DNA of 64,000 bases from Chitinophagales bacterium (GTDB lineage: Bacteria; Bacteroidota; Bacteroidia; Chitinophagales; Chitinophagaceae): the NCBI GenBank assembly GCA_031425835.1, contig JANPKD010000028.1:12551-76550 (forward strand), given 5' to 3'. The stretch's first letter is position 1; each line of letters begins with the position of its first letter. The notes beneath the pieces are model-generated. The model had not been told where the DNA came from and did not search any database. It saw only the letters and a program-made list of their open reading frames with translations. Of the stretch, positions 30,589 through 39,960 are shown in pieces. The position numbers were made by a program, and so were the translations under genes.

Positions 30589-32079
30589 ATGCAAACCATT
30601 TTAATTATTGATGACGACAGGGACATGTGTATGTTACTTAAACGCTTCTTAACCCGTCATGGCTACGAAGTACTGGAAGCCTACACAGGCAAAAAATCGT
30701 TAGAACTCCTGGAAACTGTTGAGCCTTCGTTGGTGATGTGCGACTTTAGATTAGAGGACATGGAAGGCAATGTACTGCTTGCAAAAATAAAAGAACGTTA
30801 CCCGCATCTGCCCGTGATTATTATCACCGGCTATAGCGATATTAAAATGGCTGTGGAAGTAATGAAAATGGGCGCCTACGATTACATAACTAAGCCACTG
30901 TTTCCCGATGAAATTTTAGTGACTATTAAAAAAGCATTGGAGGCCGCCACCAAAGAAGCCAATGCACCTATCGGCAGTGTAGCCACCACCGCGGCAGCGC
31001 CACAAAAAACCGACCGACCTGCCTCCACCTCCACCGAAAAGCAACCGGTAATAACTGTTTCCGGCGATTATATTTTTGGCGACACGCCTGTATTCCGCCA
31101 AATTTTGCAGCAAATAGATTTGGTTGGCCCGACTAATTATACCGTTATCATTAATGGTGAAAGTGGCAGCGGTAAAGAAGCCGTGGCACAGGAAATTCAT
31201 AAACGCAGTAAAAGAAAGTCGAAACCATTCGTAGCAATTGATTGTGGTGCTTTATCTAAAGAGCTGGCGGGAAGCGAATTATTTGGTCACGAAAAAGGAT
31301 CATTCACCGGGGCACTCAATCAAAAAATGGGTTCGTTGGAAATGGCCAACGGCGGCACCATTTTTTTGGATGAAGTGGCCAACCTTTCTTACGATATTCA
31401 GGTGTCGCTGCTACGCGTGGTGCAGGAAAGAAAAATGCGCCGCGTAGGTGGTTTGAAGGACATTGAACTGGATGTGCGCATTATTATTGCCAGCAACGAA
31501 AAATTGTGGGATGCCGTACGCAAAGGCAAGTTTCGTGAAGATTTGTACCACCGCTTCAATGAATTTGGCATCGACATACCACCGCTGCGCCAACGGCCCG
31601 ATGACATCATGCTCTTCTCCAACCATTTTCTACAACAAACAAACGCCGAACTGGGCAAAAATGTAAAACGCTTTAGTCCGGAAGTGGAAAACATCTTTCG
31701 CACTTATGTTTGGTATGGTAACCTTCGGGAGTTGCGTAATGTAATTAAACGGGCCACTTTGCTGAACGACGGCGAAGAAATAGAAGCCAATTCCCTTCCA
31801 TTTGAAATAGCGCATTTCAGCAAACTACAATTTGATGCGACGCCAGAGCCGGCTGCGACCAATTCTATTCCTACCATTGCTACCGAAATTGCCGACTCGC
31901 CACGTAACATTTCGGAAACCACGTTAAAAGGCGCGAGTATAGATGCGGAATATGAAATGATTTTGAAAGCACTTAAAAAAGTAAACTTCAATAAAAGCAA
32001 AGCCGCCAAACTGCTGAACATTGACCGCAAGACTTTGTATAATAAAATGAAGCAGTACCAGGAATTCAACAACCAGTAA
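30589..32079 (+). CDS. Sigma-54-dependent response regulator (NtrC-type: REC + AAA+ + Fis-type HTH)
   Basis: REC (ILIIDDDRDM, CDFRLEDMEG). Walker A GESGSGKE, GSFTGA (a GAFTGA variant), Walker B FLDEV, and the arginine finger region. C-terminal HTH KSKAAKLLNIDRKTLYNKMK. Confidence 0.92.
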   Translation: MQTILIIDDDRDMCMLLKRFLTRHGYEVLEAYTGKKSLELLETVEPSLVMCDFRLEDMEGNVLLAKIKERYPHLPVIIITGYSDIKMAVEVMKMGAYDYITKPLFPDEILVTIKKALEAATKEANAPIGSVATTAAAPQKTDRPASTSTEKQPVITVSGDYIFGDTPVFRQILQQIDLVGPTNYTVIINGESGSGKEAVAQEIHKRSKRKSKPFVAIDCGALSKELAGSELFGHEKGSFTGALNQKMGSLEMANGGTIFLDEVANLSYDIQVSLLRVVQERKMRRVGGLKDIELDVRIIIASNEKLWDAVRKGKFREDLYHRFNEFGIDIPPLRQRPDDIMLFSNHFLQQTNAELGKNVKRFSPEVENIFRTYVWYGNLRELRNVIKRATLLNDGEEIEANSLPFEIAHFSKLQFDATPEPAATNSIPTIATEIADSPRNISETTLKGASIDAEYEMILKALKKVNFNKSKAAKLLNIDRKTLYNKMKQYQEFNNQ

Positions 32080-32093
32080 AACACCAAGGTTTT

Positions 32094-32567
32094 ATGCCCG
32101 ACCGAGCCGTGATTGATGCTGCAGCAACGCAGCCAGCCGAACAACATGGGGAGAAAAAGGTGTTTGTTGATTTAAATAAAATCATACAACAATGCCTTCT
32201 GAATTCTAGTTCGCTACAACGTGACCCCCGACCGGTTGTACGCTGTAGTAACCTCCCCGAAGTGGAGGGGGATGAGAGTGTCTTTGTTCGTCTGTTCGAT
32301 TTGCTGATCAAATCAATATTTAATCACCCGCCACCAGGTAAACAGCTTTTCCTGCATGTTGATTGCGAGCGGGTAAAGCAAATGCCTGCGGATGTTTCAG
32401 GTTTTCAAATAGACTTTTATACCAACCTGATTATTACAGACGACTGGATTGTAAAATACCAGCAATCCCTTTCACAGTGTCAAACAGAACTTGCGGAAAA
32501 CAATGCTGCACTCAAAATACACAATCCTCCTTCGCATGCCCGTTTGTTTACCATAACCTACCATTAA
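32094..32567 (+). CDS. Hypothetical protein, possibly a degenerate histidine-kinase ATPase-like domain
   Basis: 157 aa. LFDLLIKSIFNHPPPGKQLFLHV resembles an N-box region, but no G1/G2 nucleotide-binding boxes or HisKA are visible. Confidence 0.45.
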   Translation: MPDRAVIDAAATQPAEQHGEKKVFVDLNKIIQQCLLNSSSLQRDPRPVVRCSNLPEVEGDESVFVRLFDLLIKSIFNHPPPGKQLFLHVDCERVKQMPADVSGFQIDFYTNLIITDDWIVKYQQSLSQCQTELAENNAALKIHNPPSHARLFTITYH

Positions 32568-32583
32568 CTTTCTAAAATTAGCC

Positions 32584-34026
32584 ATGCCTTCACAATTGCC
32601 GAGTATAAAAATTTTAATAATTGATGATGATGAGGACGACTTTTTTATTACCTCGCAATACCTCAAAGAAATAAAGGAATACCAGTTGCAGGTTGACTGG
32701 TGTTTTAAATTTTCGGATGCCGTTGAGCAATTACGGACAAGAAAATACCAGATCTATTTTGTTGATTACCGGCTGGGTGCAAGAACTGGTCTCGACTTTT
32801 TAAAAGAGGCTGTACAACTAAAAGTAGAAGAACCCATTGTATTGCTTACCGGAAAGGGAAGCAAAAATGTTGACATTGAGGCCATGCAAATGGGCGCAAC
32901 CGATTACCTGGTAAAAACGGAACTGAACCCCGATAAGCTGGAACGCTGCATCAGGTACTCTTTAGAAAGATCGACCTATTTAAAGGCGCTTAGAGCGAAT
33001 GAAAAAAAATACAGGGGCATTTTCGAACTATCAAAAGATGCCGTGTTCATAGCGGATAAAAACCTGCGGTTTATGGATATGAACAGGGCCACCTCGCAGT
33101 TATTTGGCTATGAAAAAAAAGAGCTGCAACAAACAACGGTTTACCAACTAATGGCCAATGCAGCCGACAAAAGTTTGTTGCAAAATTTAATGGATAGTGA
33201 GGGTGAAGTAAACGATTTGGAGATCAACCTGCAAACAAAAAGCGGCGAAAGAAAAACCTGTATTTTTTCTGCAACCGCCACAGTGGATGAAGGGCAAGAA
33301 CTTTTCCAGGGTTTGTTGCACGACGTTACAACTATGCGCCGGGCCGAAAAAGCAAATTTACAAATGGAGAAACTCGGTGCCACAGGCAGGCTTGTGCGTA
33401 CACTTGCACATGAGGTACGCAATCCCCTCAACAACATTAACATGTCGGTGGAGCAGCTCCTGCAATCATCGCAGGAAGAAGATGAGGCCCATCTGTTTCT
33501 CGATATCGTGCAGCGCAACAGTATTCGCATTGGTAACATTATTACCGAGCTGCTTGATACCTCCCGCCCAACAGATTTGGTGTTTGATGAAAACAACCTG
33601 CAGGAAATAATGGAAGAAGCACTTGCCGATGCAATTGACCGCGTTACACTACAGCAGGTTGTATTGCATAAGAATTATGCTGCTCAACCCTCTATCATTA
33701 TGGCCAACAGCGAAAAATTAAAGATTGCTTTTTTAAACATTGTTATTAATGCGGTTGAAGCATCGCCTGCAGGCACCGGACAGTTGAACATTAGTATAGA
33801 GCCTGTGAAAGACGGGCATGCGGTTGTGATTAAAGACAACGGTTGCGGCATACCGGAAGAAAATATTTCCCGCCTTTTTGAACCATATTTTACGTCTAAG
33901 CGAAATGGAATGGGCCTTGGCCTTGCAGCTACGCTCAACATTTTGCAATCGCACAAAGCAAATATCGATGTTATGTCGGCTGTGGGCAAAGGCACTACCT
34001 TCACCATTACTTTTCCTGCATTATAA
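32584..34026 (+). CDS. Soluble hybrid sensor: N-terminal receiver + PAS + HisKA + HATPase_c histidine kinase
   Basis: REC (ILIIDDDEDDFF, FVDYRLGARTG). PAS (YRGIFELSKDAVFIADKNLRFMDMN). H-box LAHEVRNPLNNI, N-box NIVINAVEA, G1 IKDNGCGI and G2 GMGLGLA. No TM segments. Confidence 0.9.
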   Translation: MPSQLPSIKILIIDDDEDDFFITSQYLKEIKEYQLQVDWCFKFSDAVEQLRTRKYQIYFVDYRLGARTGLDFLKEAVQLKVEEPIVLLTGKGSKNVDIEAMQMGATDYLVKTELNPDKLERCIRYSLERSTYLKALRANEKKYRGIFELSKDAVFIADKNLRFMDMNRATSQLFGYEKKELQQTTVYQLMANAADKSLLQNLMDSEGEVNDLEINLQTKSGERKTCIFSATATVDEGQELFQGLLHDVTTMRRAEKANLQMEKLGATGRLVRTLAHEVRNPLNNINMSVEQLLQSSQEEDEAHLFLDIVQRNSIRIGNIITELLDTSRPTDLVFDENNLQEIMEEALADAIDRVTLQQVVLHKNYAAQPSIIMANSEKLKIAFLNIVINAVEASPAGTGQLNISIEPVKDGHAVVIKDNGCGIPEENISRLFEPYFTSKRNGMGLGLAATLNILQSHKANIDVMSAVGKGTTFTITFPAL

Positions 34027-34254
34027 AATTGGTAAGCTTTTACGGCGAAAAAGGTAAGCTCACCGATGACATTGATAGAATGGATAAGAACGAATTTTTT
34101 TTCACGGCCCAAAAGTGGATTTAAAACTGTTGTCAGAAATGTGTGATCAAAATGAGTACTGACCCAAATTTTACTAAGTAAAATAAATCCGTGATGATCC
34201 GTCCGAAATTTCGGACTAAGCTGTGCCATCCGTGTTCAAGAAACAACATGCCTG

Positions 34255-35178
34255 TTAAGTATCCAATCTTGACTGAGGTATTTCCTTCGCCTCTTGTTTT
34301 ATTATGAAAACGGCGGTTTGTTTGGGTCTTATTCCTTCGCCGGCGTGCAGTGCATACACTTTTGTGAACTCGGCCCCGTAATACAAAATGGCCGCCGAAT
34401 AATATACCCAAGTGAGAATGATAACGATTGATGCAGCCGTACCATAGGTAATGTCCAACCCCGATTTGCCTAAGTACAGGCCAATAAGAAAACGACCCAA
34501 TAAAAACAGCGAAGCCGTAAGCGATGAGCCAATCAATGCATCTTTCCAGGAAATAACCGCATCGGGCAGTACCTTAAAAATTACTGTGAATAATCCTGTA
34601 ATTACAACCAGCAAAATGATTGTGTTGATAAATTGAAATAAGGACAGTGTATAGTTGGGAATAACCTTTATCAATTTATCGCTAAGCAGCTGCAGTAGCG
34701 TATTTAATATAAGCGATACGAGGAGTAAAAATCCCAAACCCACTATCAATGAAAAAGAGATAAGCCGGTTAAATAAATATTTCAACCAACCCTTTTTTGG
34801 TTTTGCCTTAACCGACCAGATAAAGTTAATTGAGCTTTGCATTTCGGTAAAGACACCGGTGGCGCCAATGATCAATATAACCGCACCGATGATCGCTCCG
34901 GCCGTTGTTGATTGTGTTTGTTGCAGGTTACTAATAATGCTTTGAATTTGAAGCGCTGCATCGCTGCCCACCACCCCACTTAACTGGCTATAAATTCTAC
35001 CCTGCGCGGCTTCGCGTCCAAAAAAAATACCGGCAAGCGAAATAACTATTATCAGCAACGGGCATAATGCAAACACGGTATAGTAACTCAGCGAAGCGCT
35101 GAATTTAAAAGCATCATCGTCAATAAAATTATTACCAGCCTCTCCAAGCAGGCCAAACAATTTTTTTAGTGGCTTCAT
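34255..35178 (-). CDS. YihY/BrkB-family membrane protein
   Basis: FKFSASLSYYTVFALCPLLIIVISL plus about six TM helices and ILYYGAEFTKVY near the C-terminus. Confidence 0.85.
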   Translation of the reverse strand: MKPLKKLFGLLGEAGNNFIDDDAFKFSASLSYYTVFALCPLLIIVISLAGIFFGREAAQGRIYSQLSGVVGSDAALQIQSIISNLQQTQSTTAGAIIGAVILIIGATGVFTEMQSSINFIWSVKAKPKKGWLKYLFNRLISFSLIVGLGFLLLVSLILNTLLQLLSDKLIKVIPNYTLSLFQFINTIILLVVITGLFTVIFKVLPDAVISWKDALIGSSLTASLFLLGRFLIGLYLGKSGLDITYGTAASIVIILTWVYYSAAILYYGAEFTKVYALHAGEGIRPKQTAVFIIKQEAKEIPQSRLDT

Positions 35179-35341
35179 CTTTAGGTTTAGTTGCTCTTTA
35201 TTTCAGGCACTTGCATTTACATACACCAAAAGGTTTTGCAATCACCGGCAGCATACACGATGTAATTTATTGCATGGGGGCTTACCCGAACCGTATTGAA
35301 GTAAAAATTTGAAAAGATTGGTCAGCAACCGGGGGGCTAAA

Positions 35342-35719
35342 TTAAGTGAAGGATGCAAGGCCGCTTAAGTTATTTGAGCACTGACGACAAATGCGTGCAC
35401 ACTCTTTAAAACTTTCGGCATGCTGGGTTTCGCAAAGCTCGGCGCATTCCTCGCATATGCCAATGCAAAGCAGCGCCATGTTACCAACGTTTTGCGAGTT
35501 ACTTTTTATTGCATGAAAAGTACCCATACAGATGGCCGCACATTCATCAACTATGCGTACAACCCTGCGGGAGAAATAATGTTGCACATCGGCGATAGAA
35601 ACCAGCAGGTTTTCGCAATTCATCCAGGCTTCAAAACAGGTTTGTGTTTGCAGGCGGGTAGCTATCATAAATAAATCTTGAAGTGGTTTTAAAAATCCCG
35701 CCTCTGTTAAGAAAGGCAT
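35342..35719 (-). CDS. Cys-rich four-helix-bundle protein (DUF326 / copper-storage-like)
   Basis: Repeated C...C..C motifs: CFEAWMNC, ECAAIC, LLCIGICEECAELC, ECARICRQC. The start could instead be the internal Met 17 codons downstream. Confidence 0.75.
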   Translation of the reverse strand: MPFLTEAGFLKPLQDLFMIATRLQTQTCFEAWMNCENLLVSIADVQHYFSRRVVRIVDECAAICMGTFHAIKSNSQNVGNMALLCIGICEECAELCETQHAESFKECARICRQCSNNLSGLASFT

Positions 35720-35785
35720 AAGCGCTTTTCAACAATACCTATCGCCGCAAAGCAGGCATTCTAAATGGCAATTCTTGTTTTAAAA

Positions 35786-35800
35786 GAAAATAGCTTGCCA
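35786..35800 (-). promoter_or_regulatory. Variant -24/-12-type element TGGCAAG-CTAT-TTTC upstream of the DUF326 gene
   Basis: 66 nt upstream of the ATG at 35719. Confidence 0.35.
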
Positions 35801-35860
35801 AATATGTTGACCACTGTACTGTGTTTGCCGACCTGCGCTTGGGTAGATAATTCTACAAAA

Positions 35861-35890
35861 GAAAAAACCGGTTGAGTAACCGGTTTTTCG
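35861..35890 (-). terminator. Intrinsic terminator of the DUF2383 gene
   Basis: AACCGGTT-gagt-AACCGGTT (35867-86) flanked by A6 and T4. On the minus strand the stem is followed by TTTTTTCTTTT. Confidence 0.75.
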
Positions 35891-35910
35891 CAACTTATAT
35901 TTTGCAATTT

Positions 35911-36375
35911 TTAGCTTGCAGCTCTCTGCAAATCACGCAGGCGTTTTACTTCATCGTGCCCTTGTCTTAAAGCGGCTTTCTGACGAACAACCAACTCCCT
36001 AACCGAAGGATCTAACTCCTCATCTGCATTGAGTGCCGTGTCGTAAGCTTTTTGTGCAGCGTCTTCGCCAAACTCACAGTTTTCTAAAACGGCCTTACGG
36101 TCATGACCACTTACTGCTGCTTTCAAATCCATCCACACACGGTAGACTTTACCAGAGTTGGTTGTGCCTTCGGCAGGTTCGCCACCCATGGCCGACACTT
36201 CCTGTGTTAGCTCCTGGCCATATTGGCGACTCTCTGTTACATACCTTTGAAATAAAGTTTTTAGATCGTTGTCTTCGTCCTTCAGTTCATCAATTGCTTT
36301 TTCGTACCCAACCACACGGTCGTGGTTAATGCGTATCAGGTCATTAAGAATGCCTATTGTTTTTTCGTTTGCCAT
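35911..36375 (-). CDS. PA2169/DUF2383-family ferritin-like four-helix-bundle protein
   Basis: LNDLIRINHDRVVGYEKAI...FQRYVTESRQYGQEL...CEFGEDAAQKAYDTAL pattern, 154 aa. Confidence 0.8.
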   Translation of the reverse strand: MANEKTIGILNDLIRINHDRVVGYEKAIDELKDEDNDLKTLFQRYVTESRQYGQELTQEVSAMGGEPAEGTTNSGKVYRVWMDLKAAVSGHDRKAVLENCEFGEDAAQKAYDTALNADEELDPSVRELVVRQKAALRQGHDEVKRLRDLQRAAS

Positions 36376-36399
36376 AAGTTTATATTTTAGTTAGGCTAT

Positions 36400-36414
36400 C
36401 AAAAAATCGTACCG
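36400..36414 (-). promoter_or_regulatory. Variant -24/-12-type element CGGTACG-ATTT-TTTG upstream of the DUF2383 gene
   Basis: 24 nt upstream of the ATG at 36375. The TTTTGAT-N22-ATG geometry is identical to the site in front of the DUF892 gene. Confidence 0.45.
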
Positions 36415-36507
36415 CAGTTATCAGCCGTCAGAAGTCAAAGGTCAGAGGTCAGAGTAGTAGACTTTGAACTTTTGACTTTGACCTTGTACTTTTACCTCAG
36501 AGCTACT

Positions 36508-37590
36508 TTACACCAACTCTTTTAAAATTTTCATCAACACTTTTTCTTCTGTTGTAAGCCCGGTAAGATTGTCGGGTTGTTCAATTTTGTCTAACTCTTT
36601 AAGGTATTTGCTCAAGTTCTTTTCCTCATACAATTTGATAATGCCCGGATGCACATAATATTTTTTACAAACCGTACGGCTGTTGCCTAATTTTTTGCTC
36701 ACTTCATCCAGCGCAGCAACTACATTTTTTTTTGAAGCGCTTTCCGATTCAGCTTCGCCAATTGATTGAAAAGCACGAATGATATTGAGTGTGCCCGCCC
36801 AGGTTCTAAAATCCTTTGCACTAAAATCGCCGCCCGTTGCGTCCTTTATGTATTTGTTTACCATGCCGGAGTCTACTGATTTTCTCTGCCCATCGTCATT
36901 GTAAAACTGAAACAACTCTTTGCCCGGAATTTCGCGACACTGCTGTACCATACGTGCCAGCCGCGGATGCCGCAACGATATTTCGTGCTCCACACCTTTT
37001 TTTCCTTTAAAAGAAAAATGCACCGAGCTGCCTTTAATTTTTACATGTCCATCTTTCAATGTTGTTAGGCCATACGAGCCGTATAATTTTTCGTAACCAT
37101 CGTTACCAATGCGGATATAGGTGCGTTCCATTAGGCCAATCACCGTGGCAATCACTTTTTCCTCACACAACTCTTTCCGCACCATATCCTCCTCCATTTT
37201 CATGCGCATGGAAGGCAGTAGTTTTCCAAATTCATACAGTCGGTGAAATTTTGTTTGGTTGCGCATTGAGTGCCAGAAAGCGTGGTAGCGATATTGTTTT
37301 CGACCACGGACATCAATGCCTGTGGCTTGTATGTGGCCATCGTCGGTGGCGCAGATCCAAACGTTTTCCCAGGCAGGTGGAATGGCTAATTTTTTTATTC
37401 TTTCCAACTCGGCTTTTGATTTTACCGACTTTCTATTAAGTACGTAAACAAAGCCGCTTCCTTTTTTTACACGATTAATGCCTTCGTCTTTGTCTGTTAC
37501 ATAATGCAGGTCGGCAGCCTTGGCCGCCTTTCCATAATCTTTATCAATCTTTAAAAACTCTTTGTGCGAAAGTTCAACAAGTGTTTCCAT
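36508..37590 (-). CDS. Type IB DNA topoisomerase (bacterial poxvirus-like TopIB)
   Basis: LHYVTD...GINR...GFVY......IKKLAIPPAWENVWIC....GHIQATG.D.RGRKQYRYH N-terminal domain. The C-terminal catalytic region includes FRTWAGT and the terminal tyrosine context KKYYVHP. The start is moved to the ATG at 37590 (METLVELSH), which removes the overlap with the upstream gene. Confidence 0.85.
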   Translation of the reverse strand: METLVELSHKEFLKIDKDYGKAAKAADLHYVTDKDEGINRVKKGSGFVYVLNRKSVKSKAELERIKKLAIPPAWENVWICATDDGHIQATGIDVRGRKQYRYHAFWHSMRNQTKFHRLYEFGKLLPSMRMKMEEDMVRKELCEEKVIATVIGLMERTYIRIGNDGYEKLYGSYGLTTLKDGHVKIKGSSVHFSFKGKKGVEHEISLRHPRLARMVQQCREIPGKELFQFYNDDGQRKSVDSGMVNKYIKDATGGDFSAKDFRTWAGTLNIIRAFQSIGEAESESASKKNVVAALDEVSKKLGNSRTVCKKYYVHPGIIKLYEEKNLSKYLKELDKIEQPDNLTGLTTEEKVLMKILKELV

Positions 37591-37600
37591 ATTACTGCAT

Positions 37601-38137
37601 TTATCTTGGGGCATCGTGCCTGCTTTCCATTTTTGTTTCGTGTAGTTCGGCGGCATCTTCAACCGAGTGAGAGGCGTGTAGATCGTCTTCTTTTTTTGCA
37701 AGCTGCGCAAGTTTTACATAAAAGTCCTTAAGTAGTTCAAGTTCGGTTTGCGTTAAATCTTCACCCACAATTAAACGGTTGCTTGCTCTGTCACTTGTGG
37801 CAATTAGTTCATTCAGTTTTAACTGTATTGCCATAGAATCTTTGTTTTGTGATTGCTGGATTAAAAACACCATTAAAAAAGTAACGATGGTAGTACCCGT
37901 ATTTATGACCAGCTGCCAGGTATCAGAAAAACGAAAGATGGGACCCGTTACTGCCCACACTAGTATAATGGCTGTGGCAAGTAAAAATGCAGTTGACGAT
38001 CCTGTAGCTTTTGTTATAGCACCGGCAACCCGCTCAAATTTTGAATGATTGGTGTTGCCGCGTTGACTAACAGCGTTAAGTTCATTTGCCGCAGCATGTA
38101 ATACTTCGTCTTCTTCTTTTTGAAAGCCTGCCCTCAT
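37601..38137 (-). CDS. Low-affinity iron permease family membrane protein
   Basis: FERVAGAITKATGSSTAFLLATAIILVWAVTGPIF.FSDTWQLVINTGTTIVTFLMVFLIQQSQNKD signature. The ATG at 38137 is preferred over the TTG at 38161 used by the ORF track, because the TTG lies inside the predicted promoter. Confidence 0.8.
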   Translation of the reverse strand: MRAGFQKEEDEVLHAAANELNAVSQRGNTNHSKFERVAGAITKATGSSTAFLLATAIILVWAVTGPIFRFSDTWQLVINTGTTIVTFLMVFLIQQSQNKDSMAIQLKLNELIATSDRASNRLIVGEDLTQTELELLKDFYVKLAQLAKKEDDLHASHSVEDAAELHETKMESRHDAPR

Positions 38138-38157
38138 AAAAAATTTATCGATCACGT

Positions 38158-38172
38158 GCAATGATAAAGCCA
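38158..38172 (-). promoter_or_regulatory. Canonical sigma-54 promoter TGGCTTT-ATCA-TTGC(A) for the iron-permease / TopIB operon
   Basis: Exact GG-N10-GC spacing and a TTGCA -12 box. The predicted start site is near 38146, 9 nt upstream of the ATG at 38137. Confidence 0.65.
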
Positions 38173-38572
38173 GACCCTAAAGTCGGACTGTATGTATGGC
38201 GGGGACGGATCATTCGATTAGTTTTTTTCAGTTTTTTTCACCGAACATTTGTCGCAGTAATTCCGGAGTTATGTTTCTCTTTCACTGCTTCAGTTTATAG
38301 CATCGGGGGGCCACATACAAGGCAACCGGTGTTTATGAACGCTTTAAAAAATCAGAAATCTTAATGACCATCACTTGCCAAGGGGCAGCTAATTCAACAA
38401 CAACGTAATTAATTGTCAGAATCAAAGTTCTATGTGTCCGCACTGTGTCTTGCAATTGCTGCGTGGGTCATTACGATCGTATGTACTGGGTTGCAGTGAG
38501 GTGCAAATGTGTGTAGATAAACTTCCACAGCGAGCGGGGGCTTGTGGCTTTCTATAAAGGCAAGGCTGATTG

Positions 38573-38587
38573 TGGTACTCAATTTGA
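38573..38587 (+). promoter_or_regulatory. Near-canonical sigma-54-type promoter TGGTACT-CAAT-TTGA for the Ku/LigD operon
   Basis: GG-N10-GA spacing, with the G of the -12 GC conserved. It lies 31 nt upstream of the ATG at 38619 and is divergent from the site at 38158-38172. Confidence 0.5.
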
Positions 38588-38618
38588 ACTGATGCCTACA
38601 GAAAACTAAATATTTTTT

Positions 38619-39110
38619 ATGGCTGCTCATTACCAACTCAATTTTATACAGGATAAAATTGCACAAATCCAAAGTGCAATTTGCTTCAATCTAAGTGATT
38701 CTGTTTTAAAGTTACCTACCAGTGTTATTACAACTTTAAAGGTTGATGACTATGGCTTCGTGTGGTTTATGATGCAAAAGCCAAAGCAGTGTTTGAAGGA
38801 ATTTGAGGATGAGTTTCCGGTACGCCTTGATTATTTCAAAAAAGGAATCAATTCGTTTTTACAGGTGTCGGGTAAGGGATGTGTCGTATGCGACCCGGAG
38901 GAACTAAACACCCTCGGTTTATCGGACGACGCATTCAAATCCTTCAATGCTCAAAAAGATGTGCTGGTAAAAGTAAAAATATTGAAGGCAGAATGCTACG
39001 ATACTACACCCACCTCCAGCCACTCCTGGTTTAAAAACCGGTTAACAGCAATTACAAAATGGCTGCATCACAATAATTATGGACGACAAATTTATTATCC
39101 AGCCTCCTAA
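38619..39110 (+). CDS. Pyridoxamine-5-phosphate-oxidase-like / general stress protein 26-like protein (tentative)
   Basis: 163 aa with a split-barrel-like pattern (VITTLKVDDYGFVWFMM...FLQVSGKGCVV...VKVKILKAECY). The assignment rests on resemblance only. Confidence 0.5.
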   Translation: MAAHYQLNFIQDKIAQIQSAICFNLSDSVLKLPTSVITTLKVDDYGFVWFMMQKPKQCLKEFEDEFPVRLDYFKKGINSFLQVSGKGCVVCDPEELNTLGLSDDAFKSFNAQKDVLVKVKILKAECYDTTPTSSHSWFKNRLTAITKWLHHNNYGRQIYYPAS

Positions 39111-39122
39111 AAATATTTAAGT

Positions 39123-39899
39123 ATGCATGTAATATGGTCTGGCGCAATAAGCTTTGGTTTAGTAAATATTCCCGTTAAATTGAGTAGTGCAGTTGAAAGC
39201 GGAAGTGAATTGAACTTCGACATGCTTTCTAAAAAAGACATGGCACCGATACGTTACGCAAGAATTGATACGAAGACTGAAAAAGAAGTTGAGTGGAAAA
39301 ATATTGTAAAGGGTTATGAGTATGCCAAAGGAAAATATGTTGTGATTACAGATGAGGATTTTGAAAAAGCCAGGGCCGAAAAATCGCACACGATAGAAAT
39401 TCTGCAGTTTGTAAAAGAGGAAGAGATTAACCCTATTTACTACGAAAAGCCCTACTATGTTTCTCCCGATAAAGGCGCCGGCAAATCGTACCAGCTAATT
39501 ATAAAGGCACTTGAAAAAACCAAAACGGTTGGCCTTGCCGAGTTTATGTTGCGTAACCGCATGCACCTCTGTGCTTTAAAAGTACACGAGGGTGTTTTGT
39601 TGCTCAACCAAATGCGCTACCACGATGAGTTGAGGGAGGTGCCCGCCATCGCCGGTACTAAAGCCGAAATATCCGTGAAGGAAGTGGACCTGGCAGTAAA
39701 ACTAATTCACCAGCTTACCGAAAAGTTTGAGCCAACCGCTTTCAAAGACAATTATATAGCCGCTCTAAAAAAAGTGATAAAATCAAAAGCCTCAGGCAAA
39801 ACTCTGCGCATAGCCGAACCTGTAAAAAAATCGGCCACAGTAAAAGATTTAATGGAGGTGCTCAAACAAAGCCTCGAAACAAAAAAGAAAACGGCCTAA
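39123..39899 (+). CDS. ku: Ku protein (non-homologous end joining)
   Basis: IWSGAISFGLVNIPVKL.SA......F.ML.......IRY.......KEVEW..IVKGYEY..GKYV core, with a basic C-terminal tail. Confidence 0.93.
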   Translation: MHVIWSGAISFGLVNIPVKLSSAVESGSELNFDMLSKKDMAPIRYARIDTKTEKEVEWKNIVKGYEYAKGKYVVITDEDFEKARAEKSHTIEILQFVKEEEINPIYYEKPYYVSPDKGAGKSYQLIIKALEKTKTVGLAEFMLRNRMHLCALKVHEGVLLLNQMRYHDELREVPAIAGTKAEISVKEVDLAVKLIHQLTEKFEPTAFKDNYIAALKKVIKSKASGKTLRIAEPVKKSATVKDLMEVLKQSLETKKKTA

Positions 39900-39960
39900 C
39901 GATTTTTTTCCTTCTGCATGCGCACTTGCAACTTTGTAAACGCCACAACATTTTCGCACC

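Noticed and set aside
35197-35222. TTGGTGTATGTAAATGCA upstream of the YihY/BrkB gene could be a sigma-54 promoter.
   Set aside because: The spacing is GG-N11-GC, one nucleotide too long for the strict sigma-54 geometry.
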